A stretch of 64,000 bases of DNA. It comes from an uncultured Gammaproteobacteria bacterium (GTDB taxonomy: Bacteria > Patescibacteriota > Patescibacteriia > Magasanikbacterales > UBA922). Location of the stretch: assembly GCA_964597575.1 (NCBI GenBank), contig CAZQXB010000001.1:274111-338110 (forward strand). Reading direction: 5' to 3'. A program made the translations under genes and the position numbers. The number at the start of each line of letters is the position of its first letter. Positions within the stretch are counted from its first letter, which is position 1. The notes beneath the pieces were generated by a model. The model did no database searches, was not told the DNA's origin, and saw only the letters and a list, made by a program, of their open reading frames with translations. Positions 39,511 through 47,641 of this stretch are shown piece by piece.

Positions 39511-40779
39511 ATGTGGGAAACTCTGAAACGCGTGTGGGCAGTTAAAGAAATTCGTCACAGCATGCTCTTTGTGTTGGGGGTATTAGTAGTATTTCGTATT
39601 ACTGCTCATATTCCAGTTCCTGGTGTTGATGTGAATGCCCTTCGTCAGTTTTTGTCTGGAAACGAAATTTTTGGTTTGCTTAACATCTTTGCGGGTGGAA
39701 GCATTCAAAACTTTTCGATTATCATGCTCGGTATTGGGCCCTACATCACTGCGTCCATCATCTTTCAGCTTTTGGCCATGGTAGTCCCAGCTTTTGAAGA
39801 GCTTTCAAATGAAGGGGAGACCGGACGACAGAAAATCAACATGTATACTCGTATTGCAACGGTACCACTTGCTTTGCTTCAAGGGTACTCCTTTTTGCAA
39901 CTGCTTCGCTCGTCGCAGCATCAAGTATTTACGACTGACTCTACTTGGCACATTCTCGCGGTTATGCTCATCGTGACCGCCGGCACCATCTTCCTTATGT
40001 GGCTTGGGGAATTGGTTACTGAGAAAAAGATCGGAAACGGAATTTCCTTGCTCATTTTTGCGGGTATCGTCGCATCGTTTCCGACCTACGTACAAAACGC
40101 TGTAGCAAACTACACTCCTGCTGACCTCACCACCTATATCTTGTTTGCCGCGATTGTTGTTGCAACTATTGTTGGCGTGGTTTTTGTCTCAGAAGGGCAA
40201 CGGAATATTCCAGTTCAGTACGCACGTCAGGCGAGCCGTGGCCGTGGGGTTGGGGCGGTTATGAGTCAGCTTCCGCTTCGGGTGAATATGGCAGGGGTAA
40301 TTCCGATCATCTTTGCGGTGTCGCTTATGCTCATGCCAACGGTGATCGCTCAGTTTTTCCTGAATGGTACCGGTCGTCTTGCTTCACTTGCGCAATCAGT
40401 AACACTTCTCTTCCAGAATCAACTCTTTTACGGAATTCTCTACTTTGTGATGGTGTTTGGGTTTACCTACTTCTACACCTCCGTAGTATTTCAGCCAAGA
40501 AAGATTGCCGAGAACTTGCAGCGTCAAGGCGGGTTTATTCCAGGAATTCGTCCAGGAAAAGAAACCGAAGAGTATCTTTCACGTACCATGACTCGTTTGG
40601 TGTTTGTCGGAGCGCTCTTCTTGGCCATGATCGCCATCTTGCCTCTTCTCATGCAGCTCGTCACCAGCTCACAAAACTTAGTGATTGGCGGAACGAGTTT
40701 GCTTATCGTGGTTTCAGTAGCTATTGAAATTGCGAAACAGCTTGAGTCGCAGCTCACCATGCACGAATACGATCGGTAA
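39511..40779 (+). CDS. secY: Preprotein translocase subunit SecY
   Basis: 10-TM SecY. Confidence 0.95.
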   Translation: MWETLKRVWAVKEIRHSMLFVLGVLVVFRITAHIPVPGVDVNALRQFLSGNEIFGLLNIFAGGSIQNFSIIMLGIGPYITASIIFQLLAMVVPAFEELSNEGETGRQKINMYTRIATVPLALLQGYSFLQLLRSSQHQVFTTDSTWHILAVMLIVTAGTIFLMWLGELVTEKKIGNGISLLIFAGIVASFPTYVQNAVANYTPADLTTYILFAAIVVATIVGVVFVSEGQRNIPVQYARQASRGRGVGAVMSQLPLRVNMAGVIPIIFAVSLMLMPTVIAQFFLNGTGRLASLAQSVTLLFQNQLFYGILYFVMVFGFTYFYTSVVFQPRKIAENLQRQGGFIPGIRPGKETEEYLSRTMTRLVFVGALFLAMIAILPLLMQLVTSSQNLVIGGTSLLIVVSVAIEIAKQLESQLTMHEYDR

Positions 40780-40919
40780 AATTTTCTCTTTCGAATGAAA
40801 GTCCTCCGGTGACCCCGGGGGCTTTTAATTCCCCCCACCCTGAAGCCTTGAAAAAAGGAGGGAGATATGATATGGTTCTTGTGTAGAAAATACCTTCTCA
40901 TTCAACGTCACTACATTCT

Positions 40920-41264
40920 ATGAGTCTTTTCTCAGAGCTTATTGGCCAAGTGACAGGCCGAAAGTCAAATTCTTCACGAGGGTCAGAGGATAGTTCTGGT
41001 AGCCAAGGTTCCGTATTGGTCGTGACGAACGACATGATTAATGAGGTTTCAAATCGTACCGTAGGGGGGCTCAGTGCAGACCGAGATTACAGTACCGAAA
41101 CAAAGGAGGATATGGTTCGTGAAGCACTTCGTGGGGCAAGAAACGGAACAGACACAAATAGCGGGAAAATCGAAAAAGCGCTGAGAAAGCTTAAGACTCC
41201 TGGCGGAAATAGACTCATTTCAGATGGTACCATAGATAAAATTATCGCAAGATTTTCTAATTAA
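40920..41264 (+). CDS. Hypothetical Ser/Gly-rich protein inserted between secY and adk
   Basis: 114-aa ORF with no RBS and unusual composition; could be non-coding. Confidence 0.3.
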   Translation: MSLFSELIGQVTGRKSNSSRGSEDSSGSQGSVLVVTNDMINEVSNRTVGGLSADRDYSTETKEDMVREALRGARNGTDTNSGKIEKALRKLKTPGGNRLISDGTIDKIIARFSN

Positions 41265-41270
41265 ACATTC

Positions 41271-41849
41271 ATGAAGCATATTACAATTCTCCTCGGAGTT
41301 CCGGGGAGTGGAAAAGGAACGCAGGCAGAACGGTTAGCAAAAGAAGGGTATAGCCATATTTCAACCGGGGAAATGCTCAAGGCATTGGAATTCAATCCGA
41401 ATGCCCTTCCTGATGAAATTGCCGCTCTTGAAGCTGTGAAAAAGGGTGACATGGCTCCTGATCATGTGGTCTTTCGTCACTTATTTACGAGGCTTGATGC
41501 AGAAATTCCTCTTGGGTTAGACATTGTTATTGATGGAGCTCCACGTTCTGTTCGACAGGCAGAGATTCTCGAAGAATACTTTACTCGTATGGAAGCAAAT
41601 GATCGAGTAAAGGTGATTGAGATTCATGTGCCTGACGAAGAAATCATGAAGCGTCTTCAAATGCGGAAAGCCGCCGGGGTTCGTCGTGTGGACGATGATC
41701 CAGAAATCATGAAGCATCGCATTGAGCAGCAGGGAAATGCTTCTATTTCTAAAATCGTGGCATTCTATAAAGAGCGAGGACAATTATCCGTTGTTGATGG
41801 TTTAAAATCAATTGAAGAGGTTTCGTCCGAAATTAAGGCTCTTCTCTAA
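41271..41849 (+). CDS. adk: Adenylate kinase
   Basis: GVPGSGKGTQ P-loop. Confidence 0.9.
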   Translation: MKHITILLGVPGSGKGTQAERLAKEGYSHISTGEMLKALEFNPNALPDEIAALEAVKKGDMAPDHVVFRHLFTRLDAEIPLGLDIVIDGAPRSVRQAEILEEYFTRMEANDRVKVIEIHVPDEEIMKRLQMRKAAGVRRVDDDPEIMKHRIEQQGNASISKIVAFYKERGQLSVVDGLKSIEEVSSEIKALL

Positions 41850-41872
41850 AGAAGACAAAGAATTATTTTCGT

Positions 41873-42670
41873 ATGTCGTACACCAAAAAAGCCCATGAAG
41901 TGCAGGCTATCGAAGAAGGTGGTAAGCGTATGGGGGAAATTCTCGATACACTGGTCGACATGGTGCGCCCCGGTGTTTTGTTGTCCGACATCGATGCGAA
42001 AGCGGAAGCGCTTATTATCGCTGCAGGTGGTGTGCCCGCTTTTAAAGGGTATCGTCCGAGAGGTATTTCAACACCGTTTCCAGGAACGATCTGTGCTTCG
42101 GTGAACGATGAGGTGGTTCACGGGATTCCAGGTCCCGGGCGCATGCTTCTTGATGGAGATATTTTTACGATAGACATTGGTATGCGCTGGCCAGAAGGGA
42201 AAGGATATTTTACTGATACTGCGGTTACAGTAGCTGTGGGAAAGCCTAAGCCTGAGGCACTCGAATTAATGCGCGTTACAAGAGAGTCGCTTGAGGTTGG
42301 GATTCGTGAATGTGTGGCCGGGAAAACCATTGCGGATATTGGTCGTGCCATTGAAAATTATGTCAAAAGTCAGGGGGAGTATGGTATTGTCCGCGATTTA
42401 TGTGGACATGGGGTCGGGCATGCGGTTCATGAAGCTCCGTTTGTGCTCAACTATTACGATCGAAAAATGGAAGAATGGGAGTTAAAACCAGGTGTGGTGC
42501 TTGCGCTTGAGCCTATGATTACACTTGGAGATTGGCGCGTAAACACCAAGGAAGACGATTGGACCATTGTAACTGCTGATGGAAGTTTGGCAGCTCATTA
42601 CGAACATACCGTTATTATTACCGATGGCGAACCTGTGGTTGCAACTCGCCGTGCGAGCGAAGTTGTATAG
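41873..42670 (+). CDS. map: Methionine aminopeptidase type I
   Basis: Conserved MAP metal-ligand pattern. Confidence 0.9.
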   Translation: MSYTKKAHEVQAIEEGGKRMGEILDTLVDMVRPGVLLSDIDAKAEALIIAAGGVPAFKGYRPRGISTPFPGTICASVNDEVVHGIPGPGRMLLDGDIFTIDIGMRWPEGKGYFTDTAVTVAVGKPKPEALELMRVTRESLEVGIRECVAGKTIADIGRAIENYVKSQGEYGIVRDLCGHGVGHAVHEAPFVLNYYDRKMEEWELKPGVVLALEPMITLGDWRVNTKEDDWTIVTADGSLAAHYEHTVIITDGEPVVATRRASEVV

Positions 42671-42671
42671 T

Positions 42672-43055
42672 ATGAATGTTCTTGGAGTTGATGTCGGAAA
42701 AAAAAGAACTGGTTTAGCATGGATTGATACTGCGATTGGGGTTATCTTGCCCTACGGTGTCATAGAAAGCTCTGGAAACGAGGTAATAACAGCGCTCGAG
42801 AAATATATTACAGAAGAAAAAATAGAGGCCATAGTGTTTGGGCTTCCTTTAAATAATGAAGGAGAGGAAACCGATGCGTGTCGCGATATTCGTTTACTTG
42901 GAAATGCTATTCAGCAAAAGATGCATGTCGAGGTGGCGTATGAAGACGAACGATTTTCTTCTCGGCTTGGGGATGCTATGGGTGGAGATGCTACGCGTGA
43001 CGAAAAGGCCGCCATGGCCATTCTTGATACCTATATTCAAAAAAGAAAAAAATAA
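42672..43055 (+). CDS. ruvX: Holliday-junction resolvase-like RuvX/YqgF
   Basis: MNVLGVDVGKKRTGLA start. Confidence 0.8.
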   Translation: MNVLGVDVGKKRTGLAWIDTAIGVILPYGVIESSGNEVITALEKYITEEKIEAIVFGLPLNNEGEETDACRDIRLLGNAIQQKMHVEVAYEDERFSSRLGDAMGGDATRDEKAAMAILDTYIQKRKK

Positions 43056-43067
43056 TTTTGCGGGCTT

Positions 43068-43787
43068 ATGCACGCGCTTGTTCTTTCTCGCGCGCCGCGT
43101 CAGGAATATGATGAGCGTCTTACCTTTCTTTCGGAAGGCGATCAGCTTATTGAAGCGATTGCGCGCGGTTCGAAAAAAAATACCAGCAAAAATTCATTTC
43201 ATCTTGAACCTGGAACGCACATTGAGGTAGAAATTGTTCAGGGGAAAGAGCAGCGCTATGTGGGGAGTGTGGTGCCTCTTGAAGACGCGATGTTTTTAAG
43301 CACGAATGTGCTTGCTCTTCAGGCACTCATGTATGCTACCTCACTCGTATCACGAGTTTTTGAAGAGCGGGCAGACTATCAAGGATTCTACCGATTCTTT
43401 ATTCGGTGGCGTCAAAAACTCCAGAGAAACGAAGGGTCGGTTACTGCTGCAATGGCAGAATTTTTTGCCTTCTCACTCTCAAGTTTAGGATATGAGCCTG
43501 TGGTCAATGAATGTGCCCATTGTGCAAAAGCATTGTCCGAACCATATTTTTTTAGCCATACGCATGGCGGTATGATCTGTGCTGTTTGTAAAGGTTTGAT
43601 GGTTCATTCATTACATCAAGCGACCTTGCTTACCTCAGAGGAGTTTGGTTTTCTACGCACGCTCTTTACGGAGAAGCAGGGGGGTACCCCGGAGCTAAGA
43701 TCAGAAAAAATACACTCACTCCTCCGTTCGTTTCTCGAATTTCATCTCGAACAATCGATTCCTCCATTCACACCTTTTTCTCTGTAA
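43068..43787 (+). CDS. recO: DNA repair protein RecO
   Basis: OB-fold N-terminus and CxxC...CxxC zinc motif. Confidence 0.8.
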   Translation: MHALVLSRAPRQEYDERLTFLSEGDQLIEAIARGSKKNTSKNSFHLEPGTHIEVEIVQGKEQRYVGSVVPLEDAMFLSTNVLALQALMYATSLVSRVFEERADYQGFYRFFIRWRQKLQRNEGSVTAAMAEFFAFSLSSLGYEPVVNECAHCAKALSEPYFFSHTHGGMICAVCKGLMVHSLHQATLLTSEEFGFLRTLFTEKQGGTPELRSEKIHSLLRSFLEFHLEQSIPPFTPFSL

Positions 43788-43850
43788 AACAAAAAGGGTA
43801 GTCGTTTTTCGACATACCCGCCCTCCGAGACCCCCCTTCCAAAAGCACCT

Positions 43851-43955
43851 CTATCTGTCGAGATAGGCGTAGATCATCCATCCGATCATCCCAGCGGTAA
43901 GAAGGGTTGCGAAGTTTACTGCGAGAAATTCAGGATCTTGCCATATTGTAGACAT
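43851..43955 (-). CDS. Candidate 34-aa membrane peptide (MSTIWQDPEFLAVNFATLLTAGMIGWMIYAYLDR)
   Basis: Single TM helix; no RBS. Confidence 0.2.
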   Translation of the reverse strand: MSTIWQDPEFLAVNFATLLTAGMIGWMIYAYLDR

Positions 43956-44110
43956 TCTTTTTTTCACGGAAAAACTTCTCCTTATTTGCCTTATTTTAGC
44001 AAAAAATGTAAATATTTTTTCTGTTTGGAGGTAGGTATTGTACGCCTCGGTGGGGTTCAAGTCAATCGACATACCTCTTCGTATTGCGAAGAGGAGGATC
44101 TCGTGATAGG

Positions 44111-44134
44111 ATGAAAAAGCCATTTTTGAATTGA
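44111..44134 (+). promoter_or_regulatory. 7-codon uORF (MKKPFLN) with strong SD, terminating 2 nt before the asnS ATG
   Basis: gaagaggagg RBS then ATG. asnS itself has no SD. Confidence 0.35.
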
Positions 44135-44136
44135 TT

Positions 44137-45432
44137 ATGCAGACATTCATAACACAACTTGCTGAACGTGTCGGCGCGGAAGTTTTGATCCAAGGTTGGG
44201 TGCACAACACGCGTTCTTCAGGGTCAGTCATGTTTATTGAACTCCGTGACGGAACAGGGTTTATTCAGGCGGTTATTGCAAAGCCAAGTGTTTCGGAAGA
44301 AGTGTGGGCAAAAGCGCAGTCTCTCACCCAAGAATCATCTGTTGCGCTCACGGGTACGGTTTCAAAGCACCCCAAAAAAGAAAATGTTTTTGAACTTCAG
44401 GTGAAGGACATAAAAATTTATCAAATTGCAGAAGAGTATCCGATTGGGAATAAAGAACATGGTCCAGACTTTCTTATGGACCATCGACATCTTTGGCTCC
44501 GCAGTTCCCGCCAATGGGCAATTTTGCGTATTCGTGATGTGGTAACTGCGGCAATTCAGGAATACTTGCACAGCGAGCATTTTGTCCGCACCGATTCACC
44601 CGTATTCACGCCGAATGCGTGTGAAGGAACAACGAATCTTTTCCCGGTGAATTATTTCGATGAAGGAACCGCCTATCTTTCTCAATCAGGACAATTGTAT
44701 ATTGAAGCTGCCATTGCATCGGTTGGTCGATGTTATGATTTTGGTCCAGTGTTCCGTGCTGAGAAAAGCAAAACCAAACGACATTTGGCGGAATTTTGGA
44801 TGATGGACGCAGAGGCTGCCTTTGTTGAGCATGATGAAAATTTGCGTATCCAAGAAGCGTTGGTAAAACATATTGTGAAGCGTTGCTTAGAAAAATGTCA
44901 GGCAGAGTTTGCGGTGCTTGAGCGTGACATAACAAAACTCCAAAAAATTGTTGATCTTCCATTTAAGCGCCTCACTTACGACGAAGCGATTCCAGAACTC
45001 AACCGCTTAGGTTCAGATATTAAGCATGGTGAAGATTTAGGGAACGATGATGAAGCCATGCTTACGAAAGATTCTGACGTACCTATCTTTATTGAGAAAT
45101 GGCCACGTGAAATCAAATCGTTTTACATGAAAGTTGATCCGTCAAATTCCGAGCGGGTATTTAATGCTGACCTTATTGCAACGGAGGGAGCGGGGGAGAT
45201 TATTGGTGGAAGTCAGCGCGAAGAAAGTAAAGAACTTCTTTTAGAACGTATTCGGAAAGAAAATCTTCCTGAAGCTGAATTTGAGTGGTATCTTGATACG
45301 CGCCGTTTTGGTGCCGTACCACATTCTGGTTTTGGAATTGGGCTTGAGCGTATGGTGCGCTGGATGTCGGGGGTAGAGCATATTCGGGAATGTATTCCGT
45401 TTCCTCGGACGATTTCGAGACTTCGACCGTAA
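44137..45432 (+). CDS. asnS: Asparaginyl-tRNA synthetase
   Basis: Class II motifs GPVFRAEKSKTKRHLAEFWMMDAEAAF and GAGEIIGGSQRE; size typical of AsnRS. Confidence 0.85.
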   Translation: MQTFITQLAERVGAEVLIQGWVHNTRSSGSVMFIELRDGTGFIQAVIAKPSVSEEVWAKAQSLTQESSVALTGTVSKHPKKENVFELQVKDIKIYQIAEEYPIGNKEHGPDFLMDHRHLWLRSSRQWAILRIRDVVTAAIQEYLHSEHFVRTDSPVFTPNACEGTTNLFPVNYFDEGTAYLSQSGQLYIEAAIASVGRCYDFGPVFRAEKSKTKRHLAEFWMMDAEAAFVEHDENLRIQEALVKHIVKRCLEKCQAEFAVLERDITKLQKIVDLPFKRLTYDEAIPELNRLGSDIKHGEDLGNDDEAMLTKDSDVPIFIEKWPREIKSFYMKVDPSNSERVFNADLIATEGAGEIIGGSQREESKELLLERIRKENLPEAEFEWYLDTRRFGAVPHSGFGIGLERMVRWMSGVEHIRECIPFPRTISRLRP

Positions 45433-45440
45433 GATACTGT

Positions 45441-46439
45441 ATGGCAAAACGCGGAAAAGGAGCCTCACAATCACAGGGAATCCCTGAACTTTTTATTGAA
45501 CGACTGAAAGAGATGGTCGGTGATTCTGTTTTTTCACGCATTAAAAGTACGTTTGCTGAGCGCCCCACCACGTTTCGTGTGAATACGCTCAAAACTACGA
45601 AAGCCGAAGTCAAAGAAGTATTATTTTCTCAGGGCTTTAAAATGAAGGATGTTTCCTGGATGCCTGATGCGTTTATTTTGCAAAACAAAACGAAGCGTGA
45701 ATTAACCGACACTGATTTGTATAAGCAGGGAAAAATTTATATCCAAAGCTTAGCGAGCATGGTTCCGCCGATTATTCTCCAACCAAAACCCGGTGAAAAA
45801 GTTCTCGATCTCACGGCAGCTCCAGGAAGCAAAACGTCACAGATGGCCGCGATGATGCAGGGAAAAGGAGAGCTTGTGGCGAATGATGTGAACAAAGTGC
45901 GCTTTTTCAAACTCAAACACAACATGGAAATTTTAGGAGTTACCGATGAGCGCCCTGATTGGACGTTTAAGCTCCGTATGGAACATGGAGCAGATCTTGT
46001 TCGTGAATACCCGAATTATTTCGATAAAATTTTGGTTGATGCTCCTTGCAGTGCCGAAGCCCGTTTCGTCGAAGGGGAGCGAGAAACCTATGGATATTGG
46101 AAAGAAGCGAAAATAAAAGAAATGGCCTATAAGCAGCGCCAACTTCTTTTGTCGGTGTGGAGCGCGCTTAAACCCGGAGGGCTTTTAGTCTATTCCACCT
46201 GTACGTTTGCGCCTGAAGAAAATGAGGCTCAAGTTTCCCGTTTATTAGAGCGTTTTCTTGATGCGGAAATTGAGTCTGTGTGTGTTGATGGGTTAACGGC
46301 CATACCAATTCTTAAAGCATGGAAAGAAAAATCATTTCACGAAGGGGTCAAAAAAACATTACGTATTCTTCCGACTAATGAAATTGAGGGATTTTATATC
46401 GCACTCATTCGCAAAAAAATAAACCCGACTAACACCTAG
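45441..46439 (+). CDS. RsmB/NSUN-family RNA m5C methyltransferase
   Basis: DLTAAPGSKTSQMAA SAM-binding motif and DKILVDAPCSAEA catalytic motifs. Confidence 0.8.
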   Translation: MAKRGKGASQSQGIPELFIERLKEMVGDSVFSRIKSTFAERPTTFRVNTLKTTKAEVKEVLFSQGFKMKDVSWMPDAFILQNKTKRELTDTDLYKQGKIYIQSLASMVPPIILQPKPGEKVLDLTAAPGSKTSQMAAMMQGKGELVANDVNKVRFFKLKHNMEILGVTDERPDWTFKLRMEHGADLVREYPNYFDKILVDAPCSAEARFVEGERETYGYWKEAKIKEMAYKQRQLLLSVWSALKPGGLLVYSTCTFAPEENEAQVSRLLERFLDAEIESVCVDGLTAIPILKAWKEKSFHEGVKKTLRILPTNEIEGFYIALIRKKINPTNT

Positions 46440-46642
46440 CGTAGGTCGGGCTCTTCTTCCTTTTGGTTTACTCCTTTCTTTTTCGCCCGCCATCCTCCCC
46501 AGGCGGTTTTTAGGCGTGGTACCCATACTTCATGGGTGAATACAGCTATGGCCACGGCCAGAATCATCATGAGCATGGCTCGATCACCAGTCGTGTTGAA
46601 GAGAAGCGTGTCGAGAAGATACTCTCCTGGCTCCTGATACAT
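46436..46642 (-). CDS. Small membrane protein; possibly leaderless (ATG directly after TATATAT)
   Basis: 68-aa ORF with one TM helix. Confidence 0.3.
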   Translation of the reverse strand: MYQEPGEYLLDTLLFNTTGDRAMLMMILAVAIAVFTHEVWVPRLKTAWGGWRAKKKGVNQKEEEPDLR

Positions 46643-46848
46643 ATATATACCCTAATTGATCGGGTATTTTTTGTCAAAATGAAAAGGGCCACCGCGTCGC
46701 AGCCCTCTTGGAAGAGAAAAACGACGCGGTGGTGGGGCAGTGCTCGTGATTCAACGAGTGTTAGAAGAGGAAAGGGTAGAGACATTTGGGTCTATGCCCT
46801 CTGTCTACCTTCATCCTGTCAATGAGCACGTTATTGTTTACTCCTTTT

Positions 46849-46866
46849 GTCCAAAATTTTGGACAG
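46849..46866. promoter_or_regulatory. 18-bp perfect palindrome TGTCCAAAATTTTGGACA (candidate operator)
   Basis: Perfect inverted repeat lying between two minus-strand terminators. Confidence 0.4.
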
Positions 46867-46959
46867 GAAAGAGCATATAAAAAAACACCGCTTGTTAAGC
46901 GGGTAGGGGGGGGGCGTAGATCCCTCCGAAGAAGTGGTTCAGAAGAATCTACGCTGTTC

Positions 46960-47553
46960 TTAACTCCACGAATGGGTATTTTTTGCGGTCGTTAGGAGTA
47001 GTGCGTGGAGGTCCATCATGTGATTTTCGTGGTCTCCGGCAAGCTCGCTACACATTCGGCTTACCTTCTGACCTTGGTGGTCGAACTTTTGGATCTCACG
47101 AATCACATAGTCAAGCATGAAGACCATGTGGCTGGGGTCTGATCTCCAAATAAGGCCACGGAGATCCAAGTACATCGCCTCGTACTCGGCCCTGGCTCGC
47201 TCAAGCTCTATACTCCGTGGTGGCGGAGGAGCTGCGGAGACCACTACCACCCTCGTTACTCTCGTTTCGACTTTAGGCGGCTCTTCCTTCGGAGGTGGGG
47301 GCAATTTCTCCGGAGGAGGCACTGGGAGTGTGCTACTCTGCTGTCGTACCCTGTGACCCCAGGTGTAGAGGAGTACGGAGACGAAGAGGATGATGAGTAG
47401 TTCGAGAATTCGCGGATCCGCCGTCTTTTCTTCTGTGATGAAATGAACCATGAAAAGGGTGGTCGCACACGCTGCCAGGGAGACGGCAAAAGCCGTGCTA
47501 TTGTTCCTGAGATGCCGCACAACCCAGGGATCAGAGTGTCGCTTTGTTTTCAT
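46960..47553 (-). CDS. Membrane protein with Pro-rich linker; high-GC codon usage
   Basis: RBS gaaggagg 7 nt upstream of ATG 47553. One TM helix, PPPEKLPPPPKEEPP linker, helical C-terminal domain. Confidence 0.5.
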   Translation of the reverse strand: MKTKRHSDPWVVRHLRNNSTAFAVSLAACATTLFMVHFITEEKTADPRILELLIILFVSVLLYTWGHRVRQQSSTLPVPPPEKLPPPPKEEPPKVETRVTRVVVVSAAPPPPRSIELERARAEYEAMYLDLRGLIWRSDPSHMVFMLDYVIREIQKFDHQGQKVSRMCSELAGDHENHMMDLHALLLTTAKNTHSWS

Positions 47554-47641
47554 CGACTTTCCTCCTTCTAAGATTAAGAGTAAGCCTGTCAAAAAGGCTT
47601 GTCAAATGGGTATATTTTCCCTCTTGTCAGAAGGAGAAATT

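Noticed and set aside
44000-44136. T-box riboswitch upstream of asnS
   Set aside because: No T-box consensus (AATTAGGGTGGNACCGCG) and no specifier-loop architecture was recognisable.
46906-46914. Poly-G(9) tract as a phase-variation switch
   Set aside because: It lies downstream of the gene stop rather than in a promoter or reading frame, so it is more likely incidental or a sequencing artefact.
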